A stretch of 62,918 bases of DNA, counting the filler, from Chiloscyllium plagiosum (lineage: Eukaryota): NCBI RefSeq assembly GCF_004010195.1. It is 4 parts of one record of this genome, joined end to end, with 100 filler letters (N's around TTAATTAATTAA, not from the genome) between each part and the next. Parts side by side here need not be neighbours in the genome. Positions count along the whole stretch, not along the records: positions 1 to 28,352 come from NC_057711.1; 3 more parts are not named here. The stretch is one strand, 5' to 3'. A program made the translations under genes and the position numbers. The notes under the pieces are model-generated. The model was not told the origin of the DNA. It saw only the letters and a list, made by a program, of their open reading frames with translations, and did no database searches. Positions 12,988 to 24,751 of this stretch are shown one piece after another (the stretch's first letter is position 1; every line of letters starts with the position of its first letter).

Positions 12988-13250
12988 AGTATTGAAAAAT
13001 GTGTTGCTGGAAAAACGCAGTAGGTCAGGCAGCATCAAAGGAGCAGGAGAATCGACGTTTCGGGTATAAGCCCTTCTTCAGGAATGAGGAGGGTGTGCCA
13101 AGCAGGCTATGATAAAAGGTAGGGAGGAGGGACTTGGGGGAGGGGCATTGGGAATGCGATAGGTGGAAGGAGGTTAAGGTGAGGGTGATAGGCTGGAGAG
13201 GGGGTGGGGGCGGAGGCGGAGAGGTCGGGAAGAAGATTGCACGTCAAGAA
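12988..13250 (-). mobile_element. PLE pLTR / 3' tail fragment with hammerhead motif at 13050-13085
   Basis: Minus strand reads ATTC-CTGAAGA-A-GGGCTTATACCC-GAAAC-GTC-GATT; same family as 133-300. Confidence 0.75.
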
Positions 13251-13927
13251 GGTAGTATTAAGACTCAAGATGCAGTTTGCTGACTGGATATGACTTCAGT
13301 GTATTGCTGCAGTGTGTCTAATTAAGTTTAATGGGTCCTGAAGGGGCCCCTTTGATTTGAGCTTCCTGTAGAGGAATGTTGTCAGGTTTGGCTCAGATGG
13401 GCTAGATGTGAAGGCAGTCCATGATGACCTTCTCCTGTGCATGGACTCAGTCAACCTGTTGAGGGTATGAGAGTATCACAAGGGATACCCTGTGACATCA
13501 TCTATAATGATTGACTATGATAGGTATTCCAGGTCAATCCTGCTCAATCGGTGGCAGGTGGATTTGTGCCAGAGGAGATCTTGCACCTCATCATCGCCCT
13601 TACTTAGAAATCCATCTCAGCCCTGCTGAAGAGTCCTAGCTAGCAAAGCCAGCCTTCATCTACAGTGCTAGACAGGATCACTCTATGGGCTATTCTACAA
13701 GCTCCAGTGCTGGTCATGAACCAAATGATCACCACCATGTTGAGTTGTTCACTCAGTTAGTTTCTTCCTCCAGAGTTTGTCATAAAGGACACTCATGGAA
13801 TTCTTCTGGGGCAAGAAGCTGTATTTCAGTTGCCGCTAAAGTTCTGAGTCTCTCTTTTAGAAAAGGGGTCAGTTGCTGTTGTGTATTTGCTGTCAGTTGG
13901 TGACTTTCTGGCTTCACATTCTATATT

Positions 13928-14139
13928 GATTATAATGAGGGCAGCCAGGTGGACCTCATAGAATATGAGTTCCCTGATTGGGGCTGTTAACCTGGTTCAC
14001 CACCCTTTTTCAACAAAAAAAGAACAGAACTGTCAGACATCCTGTTCACTCTGAGGGAGCTGGATCACATCAAGGACTCTGCACGAGTAAATATAGAGTG
14101 ACTTGGTGACAGGATACCAGCTTCTGTAGAATTATTTTA
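13928..14139 (+). mobile_element. Possible solo-LTR-like repeat
   Basis: TG start, AT-rich polyA-signal-like gtaaatatag and an LTR-like 3' end (gtgacttggtgacaggataccagc...ttatttta). Pattern only; no TSD confirmed. Confidence 0.35.
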
Positions 14140-14986
14140 TTACTTTTTACTGAACTTCCTCCTGGATAGCCATGTATTTCTTCCACTGGTTGCATGACTC
14201 ACTTATAACATCCATAATGGTTAATGGATGTTCAAGGACCATTCCTTCCTAACACTTTAGGGAGTCAATTGTCTTTTACCACAGCCTGGTCTAGGTTTGA
14301 GACATTTTCGCCTCAAGCCAGAATTCTCCTCCATCAAGAGTAGTAGCTGTAGTTCCAGAATCATCTCTCAGGTATCTGTACCTCCACCAGTCTGGCTTTG
14401 AGTGGCTGATGTGCTAGATGATGGAAGAGTGGAATGGATGACAGCAACTTGCTGGGCTGGCATACGTTACTGGCCAGCAAATGGCCAAAGCCATCCAGAA
14501 CCTTAAAACAGCGGCACTAACCCTGAGGGCACTCGTAGTGTCAAGGCAGCTCATGCATGCAGTGGACATTCATTTGAGCTGACTCCTGTCTGGCAGAATC
14601 ACACACTGGCCGCAGACCCCATGACCTCCCATACAGACCTCACCGTACAATTTGAGTAATCTGTAGGAAATACCCTCCAAGTCTTCCCAGCTAGTCCATT
14701 GCAGTTTTCAGTTCAGACCTTTGTTGTACACTCTTCATTTCCTTTCCTATGTCTGCAATTTGGATATATCCTGGCATTAAATGGTAGTGCACTGCTAGTG
14801 TCTCTACCTCTGGGCCAGAAGAACCATGCAGGAATCCCAACTCAGGCTATGGTGGCCATTGACATGTGTCATAACAAGTCCAAATAAACTAATTGTAAAA
14901 TAATTTTTAAAAAGGAAAATGGTGGCAAAACTCTACGCTAACCACAAGCTGTTGTGGTTCTGTTCGCCGAGCTGGAAGTTTTTGTT

Positions 14987-15026
14987 GCAAACGTTTCGTC
15001 CCCTGGCTAGGCGACATCATCAGTGC
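14987..15026 (-). ncRNA. Minimal hammerhead ribozyme motif (left arm, identical, opposite strand)
   Basis: Exact reverse complement of 15343-15382. Confidence 0.65.
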
Positions 15027-15342
15027 TTGGGAGCCTCCTGTGAAGCGCTTTTTTGATGTTTCCTCTGATGTTTGTAGTGGTCTGTCCCTGCCGCTTCCGG
15101 TTGTCAGTTTCAGCTGTCCGCTGTAGTGGTTGGTATATTGGGTCCAGGTCGATATGTTTGTTGATGGAATTTGTGGATGAATGCCATGCCATCCACAAAC
15201 TCCATCAACAAACACATCGACCTGGACCCAATATACCAACCACTACAGCAGACAGCTGATACTGACAACCGGAAGCGGCAGGGACAGACCACTATAAACA
15301 CCGGAGGAAACATCAAAGAAGCACTTCGCAGGAGGCTCCCAA

Positions 15343-15382
15343 GCACTGATGATGTCGCCTAGCCAGGGGACGAAACGTTTGC
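15343..15382 (+). ncRNA. Minimal hammerhead ribozyme motif (right arm)
   Basis: GCA-CTGATGA-T-GTCGCCT AGCC AGGGGAC-GAAAC-GTT-TGC; stem I GCA/UGC, palindromic AAACGUUU. Confidence 0.65.
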
Positions 15383-16327
15383 AACAAAAACTTCCAGCTC
15401 GGCGAACAGAACCACAACAACGAGCACCCGAGCTACAAATCTTCGCACAAACTTTAACCACAAGCTGTCAGTGGCTGTGCCGACAGAGTCCATTCCTATT
15501 CCTTCATGAGTGAGACTTCATATGGCTATTGCAGAATTGCCACATTGAGGTAGTTACTGATTCTGGTGAAGATGGTAACAGAAAACAAGGAATTGGGCGG
15601 CATGGAATCTGTGTTCGGTTATCATAGTATTTCCAAACAATAGGATGAAAGAAACACAGTTGCAATCAGTTAATGAATCTGTTACATTCAGGATCAAGTG
15701 GGACATATATATTGTAATCATTATTTGAACATGGCACGGAGTTAAAGAAATGACATTAAGCTGTATTTCTCGTTACAATCATTCTGAATGCCATGTTTCA
15801 ATGTGCGTATTGTAACAAACAATGAAATGGTGTAAAGGCCCATAGTGAAAAAGCAACCTTCAGAATTAGAAACAAACAAAAAGGTAAGGGACAAATGTCT
15901 ACAAAAGAAACTTCCTTTTGACGAGATACTGATTCATGAATTTTCAAATGCCCTATTCATACTCTTAACTCTGTGGAATGCTGCTACGTTTATGATGTAA
16001 ATTTATTAAATGCAATGTTTCCATAAAACTAAATTTTGTTGCAATTAAAATATAAGTACGAAAGGCAAAGTTAAGAAATTATGTTATAAAGATAATTATA
16101 ATAAAGTGTATGGGTATAATAGGATATAGGAAAAGCTATTCTTCAGTGTGTTTTTTGGAGCAGTATGGGATTTTGCACCAGCATGCCACTCAGAAAAGGA
16201 GAAGCCAAAGCCAAATTTTGGCTGAAAAAGCACTTTATTTATTTTGAAGTTCTATTTTACCTGAGATGATAGCAATCAGTCATTCTGGGAGTGCAATGCA
16301 AGAGAGCAGAATAACCTGTCACATGTG

Positions 16328-16635
16328 GGCGGCACGGTGGCACAGTGGTTAGCACTGCTGCCTCACAGCGCCAGAGACCCGGGTTCAATTTCCGCCTCAA
16401 GCGACTGACTGTGTGGAGTTTGTACATTCTCCCCGTGTCTGCGTGGGTTTCCTCCGGGTGCTCCGGTTTCCTCCCACCGTCCAAAGATGTGCAGGTCACG
16501 TGAATTGGCCATGCTAAATTGCCCGTAGTATTAGGTAAGGGGTAAATGTAGGGGTATGGGTGGGTTGCGCTTCGGCGGGCCCGTGTGGACATGTTGGGCC
16601 GAAGGGCCTGTTTCCACACTGTAAGTAATCTAATG
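16328..16635 (+). mobile_element. HE1-type SINE, full length, young
   Basis: GGCGGCACGGTGGCACAGTGGTTAGC A box, GGGTTCAATTTCC B box, tail gaagggcctgtttccacactgtaagtaatctaa. Confidence 0.9.
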
Positions 16636-19600
16636 TAGTGTAACTCCATTTCAGTTTGCCAATCATTTAGAAATTTGATAGATCTGGGTTTAACCCCAAG
16701 TTATGAACCCTTTGTCAACAGCCCCTCCAACACTGAAGAAATGGTGGCTTGGAATTCACAGATAGAATGCGTGTATATTAGCCTTGAAACCACATTCATA
16801 CTTTACTGCATATGTACAATTCTTACTCTTCTGCTCGCAAAGGAGGGCCAAGGATTACTGGATAAACTTGATACTTTCTGACTGTTTTTACTGCGAACAG
16901 CAGAACCTTTTTTTAAATCAACTTGACATTAATAAATAATGAACTATCAGATTGCATTGAATTGTTTTCACTAACCTAAAAAAGCTGCCCATGAGATGCT
17001 TTGTTGGTAGTCGACTTCATAACTTTTGATTATGAAGTAAGATAACCTCATGAAAACAATTAAGACTGATGGAAAAATAAATATAAACTTTAAGTTTGCA
17101 GATTACTTCTCCTCTGTGAGTTGCTGTTAACATAAAAAAGGTTTTTTGTTTTCTTAAGCTGCAAATCATATCGCATGTTAAGTCACTGATCAAACCTCAG
17201 TCAACCAAGGAAAAGTACAAGAATCTATTCAAATCTCAAAGTGAGATAGCGTTCACTCAATGTTTAATAAGGTTAGTATTTAACGTTAGGCATCAGCAAT
17301 CTGTCATCAAAGCCATCATCTAGACACCACATCTTCCCTGAATTTGCATGGAATAAATGTATTAACACTGACTGCCAAGAACATCTCAACATAGAGGCAT
17401 ATGTAACTTATTTTCCTGACAAAAACAAGATGATACTATCATTTGAGTGCAATGCTTAAAATAGTTTTCCTTGTGAGAATGGTTATTTTTTCTGGCAAAC
17501 TTCAATTAACTTTCACTCTAGTGTTATTGTAGTTAAGCGCCTGAGGCTGGATAAACTTTGAGTTAATGACAGAATTTCAAGAGGATGGAATCTACATTGT
17601 GTAAGGAATCTCTTGGACTAAGTTATAAATAGGAAATTTATAAAATTGTTATGTTTGGGACTGTATCTTTAATTCAAGGTAAAGATGGAAGACTCGTGTC
17701 GCCTGCTCTGAATTCTGCTGAAAACAAGCTTGGGTGGCTTTGCTCTTAGAAGATGCTCGAGTAGTTTTACTGAGAGGAAGGTGCACACACATAACCAATG
17801 ACCACACAACTCTATTGATGGTAGATAAACTGTACAGGATGCTAGAATGTCAGATTTTGTAAGTGGTTATACTTTCATTGGTCTAGTAATTCCAATTATA
17901 GAATACAGATGGGCTGTGAGAGGGGAATGTCCATAGGAAGCTACGATAAGATTAGATGACAGATTTCCTAAAAATAATTACTGGACCTCAAAGTTAGGGT
18001 CGGTCTGCAAGAATCTGAGAAAGAGAGAGAGAAATCTGAGAAAACAGAGGCAGCAAGTCACTATTGTTCACTGTGCACAGTCTGGGTAGGAAATCACACT
18101 TAGATTGAAGTAACCAAGGTCATACGAAGCTGGAAAATTTCCTTAGCTTTGGCTTAAAGGGAGGGATCTCCAGTGTAACATAACTTCTCTCGTTGTTCCA
18201 TACTGAAGTCTATAATTTTGCTATCATTCCAGTTCATCTCCTTTGCATCTTCTTCAAAGCTTTGTGAATCTTCTTAAATTGGGTGCCAAGAATTGGACAC
18301 AATACTCGAGCTATTATCCAAATGGTGTTCTATACAGGTTTAACTTATCTTTCTTGCATTAGTACTGTGTGCCTCTGTTTGTAAAGCCAAGGATCCTATT
18401 ACATTTTTTTTTAAAAACCTTATCAACTTACCTTATCGCCGTCATAGTGCCAGGTTGTAACAAGTAATTCAGGTTTGAATATGTTATGTCAGCAGAGAAG
18501 TTGCAGAATAGCTAAATCATTCTGTATCTTTACAGTTCATCATTTTTTTTCTGCTTTCCACAGCAGCCAGATTTTAGTCAGCCAAAGATTCACTAATTTA
18601 TGAAAGTATAGCTGTTATAATATAATTCTGAAAAACAAAAAGGTGATAAATCAAAGGAACAGATTTGTTATCTGACAAATAAAGTCTGCTGGTTAATATT
18701 TCTGACAGGCCAAGTAGACAATCTCTCGACAATGAACTATTGATAATGAATTTAAAAATGCTGCTTTTTGTAGATTGAATGCATTTCCACTGTAATACCC
18801 ACGTAATGTAATTCCTTTGAAAGAAAATAAACTCCACAAAGCTTGTTTAAAAACAAGGGGTGAAATTTCTATCATAGACAAGGTAGTGAAGAGTATTGCA
18901 TTATTTTGAGACCAAGGTTGAGATGAGATCAGGCATGACTGTATAAAATGGTGTGACAGGCTCGAGCAGCTGAAATGTCTACTCCTGTTCATAGTTCTAA
19001 TGTTCTTCAATTTTACCGTTCTTCTCTTCTGTCCATAATGGAGATGTTCTTTTTGAAGTCTTTTTTTTCTCTTTAAAAATCGGAAGTGATGTGCTTTCCC
19101 AAACCCTGTTTGCAAAATCTATCTAGAAATGACCCACAGAAAATTCTCTAGGCTTCAGGCAAAGTAGGGTTGATTTATCTATTCAAAATTCCAGGAAATG
19201 GTGCATAACACATGTTCACTCATACATGTATCTAAGGAAGAAAGAAAGAGAAAGGACAAAGGAGAAGTTACAAATTACTTAAAATCAACATTAGTTCACA
19301 TGAATTAGAGTCATTCAGGACTTCCAATTGACAGTGTAAGGAAGGCCCTTTCACTGGTCAGATGTGGTCAAATTGCAGCAGTTGTAAACTGCGAATTACT
19401 TTAAGTTGCAGGTGAAATAACCTGCACAGGATTCTTTTTAAAAGAGATTGAGATCAGGAGCAGGTGTTAGGTAAGCCTGGAAATGCTTATGATGTCAAAA
19501 CAGGAAGTGCTGGAGAAACTCAACAGGTTTGGCAACATCTGTGAAGAAAAAAACAGAGTTAATGTTTTGATTTTTAGATATCTTTTTTCACAACTTAAAG

Positions 19601-19799
19601 TGGTTAGAAAATTGCATTTTTTATGTTGTGGGGGAGAAAATGGATACCCAAAACAAAGGGATTGTTACTGGTGGTGAAGAGAAGATAGAAATGCAAAAAA
19701 AGCATATGAATGAAGGTGTGGAAAGGCAAAAATAGGTCTGCTCTCTCAGAGCAAAATCAAGAAGACACAAAGATACAGCAGCGTGTGTATCCGATTATT

Positions 19800-21800
19800 T
19801 GGGCAATAGTGTGGATTCAAGATGCTTACAGTTGTTGAAATCAATATTAAGTCCTAGTGGCTAAAATGTTTCTAAATGGAAGACCAAGTCTTGTTCCTTA
19901 AGCTTGTGTGTTGTGCTTTGTTGGAAAAAATGTTAATATGAGAACAAGATGGTTTATTGAAATCGCATACAAGTGAGAAGTCAGAGTTATTCTATGGGTA
20001 GAATATTAAGTTTGGTCTCACCAATATAAAGGAGAATGTGATTGGTGGTGGCATCCTGCTGGAGGTGGTGGAAATAGTGGGGATCATCCTTTGAATGTGG
20101 AGACTAGTGGGGTAGAAAGTGAGATCAAGAGGAATCCTACCATCACTCTGGAAGGAAGGAAAGAGATGAAGGCAGAAGTGCAGGAGATAGATCAGGTATG
20201 GTTGAGAGTTCAAAGTGTGTTGCTGGAAAAGCACAGCAGGACAGGCAACATCCAAGGAGCAGGAGAATCATCGTTTGGGGCATAAGCCCTTTGTCAGGGA
20301 TGAGGCTTGTGAGCCAAGGGGGTAGAGATTTCCTTGTAAAGAGACGAGGAGAACTTCTTCAAGGTCGGCATCTTTGGAAGAGGCTTCGCAGTAACGTTAA
20401 AAGCAACTAGGAGAAAGTGAGGACTGCAGATGCTGGAGATCAGAGACAAAGAGTGTGGTGCCAGAAAAGCACAGCAGGTCAGGCAGCATCTGAGGAACAG
20501 GAGAATCGATGTTTCAGACATAAGCCTCATTCCTGATGAAGGGCTTATAAGCCAAGAGAGTAGAGAGTTCTGTCAACCATGGTAGGGGTGGGATTGGGAG
20601 TGGTGTGGGAGAAGATGGAGAACAGGAAGGGAAGAAGAAGGACATGTGGAAGGACATTGATAAGACAGATGCAAAACAGAGTGAGAAACTGAGAACAGAA
20701 TGGACTCCTTACAGGAAGCAAGGTTGTGAGGAGATGTACTCAAGATAACTGTGGGAGTTGGAAGGTTTGTAGTGGATATTCCTAGAAATAGAAACAGAGA
20801 AGTCGAGGAAGGGAAGGGAAGTGTCAGAGATGGACCTTTTGGACCAAAACTGATTAAAGTTTCCAATTCTGAATCAAGGAGATCAAGAAGAAACACCACT
20901 GACATCATCGATGTATCAGAGAAAGAGTTGTGGGCGGGGACCCAATTAGAATTGAAACAAAGGATTTCTACATACCTCACAAAGAGATAGGCATAACTGG
21001 GACCTATGTGGGTAGCCATGGCCACCCTTTGACTTGGAGAAAGTGAGATGAGTTAAAGGAGAAGTTGCTCAAAGTGAGAATGAGCTCAGCCAGGCAGAGG
21101 ATGGTAGTTGGACACTGTTCACGCCTCTTTTCAAGCAGGAACAGGAGAACCTTTCGACCATCCTGATGGGGAAATGAATGTGCAAAGAGATTGTACATCC
21201 ATGATGAAGAGGACTATGAGGTGGGAAGGAGTAGAGGGGAAGATGAGATAAAGTTCTGGAAATAACAGCTTGATGTTCAGTGATAGGATTTTGATCTGTG
21301 GGAAGGGAAGAGGAAGTGACTGAAAGCTGGCGCTCAGCCAATGCAAGGTACAGGTTAGCATGCCAGAGGAGCACAGCTACACATTGATCAGCAGGTTTGT
21401 GAACAAAGTCAGGGTTAGACCTGAGGGAACAGTAAACTCAGAGGATTGGAGTGGACAGGTTAAAGTGGATGAGGGGAGCAGAGAGATGAAGGCAGCCAAT
21501 GTCACAATGGCAATTTTCAAAGAAGAGATGAAGCACCTGTAAAAGGCCAGAATGGGGTGGATCAGGTACAGGGTGAGTATAGAAGATGGGTGTCAGGGTC
21601 TGTGTGGCAGAGAGAAGACTCAAAGAAATTGGCATGGATGGATGCAAAGATGACAGAAGAAGAGTTGAGCATTATGTTGTGTTCAAGATTAATTGAGGTG
21701 GAGACATAAAGTACAAAACAAAGAACTTTGCTGAATGCAGATCATTCAGCATCCTTGAAAAGGCAGTCAGAGGATGTAATGAATAGACTGCAAGAAGTTG
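19800..21800 (-). mobile_element. Degenerate Neptune-type PLE (RT region) with tandem pLTR copies at ~20195-20570
   Basis: Minus frames give LAELILTLSNFSFNSSHFLQVKG, MAMATHIGPSYAYLFVRYVE and a tacatcgatga (YIDD) motif; two pLTR copies with decayed hammerheads. Confidence 0.75.
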
Positions 21801-22054
21801 GATCACATGAAGGGATGGATTTGGAAGAATGGGGAAGGGTGATGGAATACAGAGAGGCTTGGGTATGCTTAAGTTTCTGGAGTTGATGTTCCTTAACCCA
21901 TGAAAGGAAGAGAAATACTTTCTTAAAGTCTCAAATGAGATAAATAAATTAAATGGAACGTGGGACTGAGATTGCTTTGAGATAACATGTGCCAGTGTTG
22001 ATGGAGAGAGAGCTCATGGCACTCAGTGTCAACAGAGCATTGTATGTCTCAAAG

Positions 22055-22375
22055 AATCACAATAGTGTGGAAGCAGCTATTCTACCCATCAAATCCATAC
22101 AGACCCTCCGAAGAGAATACCTCCCCCCACCGTATCCCTGTATTTCCCATGGCTGATCCACCTAGCCTGCATATCTTTGGAGACTATTGGTAATTTAATA
22201 TGGCCAATCCACCTAACCTGCACATCTTTGGACTGTGGGAGGAAACCAGAGCAACGAAAGAAACCCACACAGGGAGAAAGTGCAAACTCCACACAGACAA
22301 TGGCCCATGGCAAGAATTGAATTCAGGTCCATAGTGGTCTGAGGCAGCAGTGCTAACCACTAAGCCACCCTGCCA
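22055..22375 (-). mobile_element. HE1-related SINE, diverged
   Basis: Reverse complement of the tRNA-like head (gcagcagtgctaaccactaagccacc) and the core. Confidence 0.8.
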
Positions 22376-23369
22376 TCTCAAAGATGCCTGTGATCTTGGG
22401 TGGATTTGAAACATGAAGAATGAAACTTCATTTGGAATCTTTGAGTGGTAAGGTGGAGTTGGAGACAGTCACTGATGAAGAAGATGTGACCTGCGAAAGC
22501 AGGTTTTGGCAAACACTTTATCGCACACTAGCAGGGAGATAGAAAATAATGATGGTGAACAAACCAAAAGATTCAAATGGAAGTCCTGTTGGGGAAGAAC
22601 AGAGCTTCTTCAAGGTGGGTATACCAGGAAGAGAAGTGGCAGTGAATTAGATATTAAAATATAAGCAAAAAAAACTGCAGAATCTGGAAATCTGAAATAA
22701 AAACAGCAAGTGCTGGAGAAATGCAGCAGTCTACACTTAGTGACAGGAGCCTGAGCTTTTGTTCCAAAATAAATGTTAACTGTCATCTTCTTGTGCTGCC
22801 ATAGAAACTGAAGCATGGATTCATTATAATTATAATCATATAGTTTTCTACCACTTCTGTACTGGGAAAGGTAGGCACAAAGCTCTGCATAAAGTCTTGT
22901 GCCAAATTTGTGCTTTTCTTTGATGTTGACGATGGTTCTTTGGCAGGCATCCCAATGCACTAAGAACATTATTTTGTAAATTCATCAGCCAATTGGCACA
23001 TGCATTCACCTTGTTGCAGATTAATCATGCCAGGCAACTGATGGTGTGTTTTTTTTGTCAGAGGATGGGGGCTCTAGTCATAGCCTGGAAAGCTGAACGC
23101 AACCTCACTCCTAAATCCCAGACCATTTGGATGACCCATCTGGCTGCAATCGAGCTGCCCTTGAAACTTCAATTCCTTTTTAAAAGGTGAATGCCCACCT
23201 CCAGAAGCTGCCTTCCAAGCTAGCAGTTCTTCAGTTTCAGCAACACCATTAGTTGTGATAGGATGCATTGATGTACACCATTGTCAGAACAAGGCCAGTG
23301 GGCTTGGGGTTCCCAGAAACTAATTCTGAAGGTCCTGTGGCTGCCATCCAGATTGTGGGGGCTTCACTG

Positions 23370-24750
23370 CAGTAAAAGGGAGGCTTTTAGATTCCTGGAT
23401 CATTGGGACTATTTTCAGGGAAGGTGGAAAGTACAAATGGGACAGTCTGCATTTGAACCACATTTAGACAAACATCCTTGCAGGGAGTTAGCTAGTGCTG
23501 TTGGGAGGAGTTTAAAACAAGTATGACAGGGAGAGGGGACACAGAATATTAATGAAATAGAGACACATCATGCTAAAGCAAAGGAAGCAAGTCACAATGA
23601 GTTTAGCTATGTTGAGTGTCAAGAGAGTAAGGCAAGGCTGGATTGTCTTTAATGCTAAGAGTGTAATAGGTAAGACTGATGAATTAATGGCATGGATTGA
23701 CACATGCAAATATGATATTGTTGCTATGACAGCCACATGGTTTAGGGAAGGGGGTGGACTGGCAACTCAACATTCTGGGATATAGGGTCTTTAGGTGATA
23801 AAGAGGTGTAAAAAGGGTGGTAGTATAGCACTATTAATTAAGAAATCAATTACTTCAAGAAGAGGAGATGGTATCTTGGATGGGTCCTCAAATGAGGCTT
23901 TGTGGTAGAACTTTGGAATGTTAAGGGGGCAGCCACTTTACTGGGAGTGTATTATAGGCCCCTAAAGAGTCAGCGAGAAATAGAGGAGCAAATACTTAGG
24001 CAGTTCACTGAGGTATGTTAGGTAATAATCAAGTAGTTATACGAGAGGATTTCAACTTTCCCAACATAAATTGGGGCAGTCCTAGTGTTAAGGATTTAGA
24101 GGGGGAAGATTTCTTGAAATGTATTGGGGAATGTTTTGTATCAATATGTAGAAGGTCCAACACGCGATGGTGCAGGATCTTGTTCTGGGGAAGAAGCCGG
24201 ACAAATGTTCAATGCAGTGGTGGAGCAACATGTTCATGATAGTGACCACAACATGGTATGGTTCAAAGGAAATAAATGGCTGCAAAAGATGGCTTTAGAT
24301 TAGGGGAAGGCAGATTGTGTTACAATAAAGCAGGACTTGGCCACAGTAGACTGGCCACAGCTCCTTGCGGGTAAGTCTACAGTGGAGCAATGGAAGGCAT
24401 TCAAAAAGGAGTTGGGGAGAGTACTGGTCTCTGTAGGAGCAATAAGTTCAGAGAACTCTGGGTGTCTAGGACAATTATGGACTGAATAGAGAAGAAGAGA
24501 AGAGTTTTTAGCAAGACCAATTTAGCAATTCAGCTGCGGTCCTCGAGGAACACAGGAAGGACAGGAGGTAAATTACAAAAGCAATTAGAATAACAAAAAG
24601 GGGGCATGAAAAAGGATTTGTGAACAGGTTTAGGGAGAATCCTAAGATATTTTATAAATACATTAAAGGGAAAGAGTAGGGCCCATTAGGGACCAAGGCA
24701 GCAGCCTGTGTGTGAAGTTGCAAGATATTAGAATGGTGTTGAATGAATAC
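23370..24750 (+). mobile_element. CR1 LINE ORF1 end / APE endonuclease region, degenerate
   Basis: FNAKSVIGKTDELMAWIDTCKYDIVAMTATW and VVIREDFNFPNINW are APE endonuclease motifs. Confidence 0.8.
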
Positions 24751-24751
24751 T

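Larger units (their letters stand above)
14939..15468. mobile_element. Fold-back Penelope mini-element (~230-bp inverted arms) with 14-bp TSD
   Basis: Arms 14951-15179 and 15190-15418 are reverse complements (about 10 mismatches). TAACCACAAGCTGT flanks at 14939-14952 and 15455-15468. Arms encode AWHSSTNSINKHIDLDPIYQPL, a PLE ORF C-terminus. Confidence 0.9.

Noticed and set aside
16328..16400. tRNA gene-like sequence (also at the other HE1 heads)
   Set aside because: It has A and B boxes but continues into the SINE body and LINE-derived tail and occurs many times; a SINE head, not a tRNA gene.
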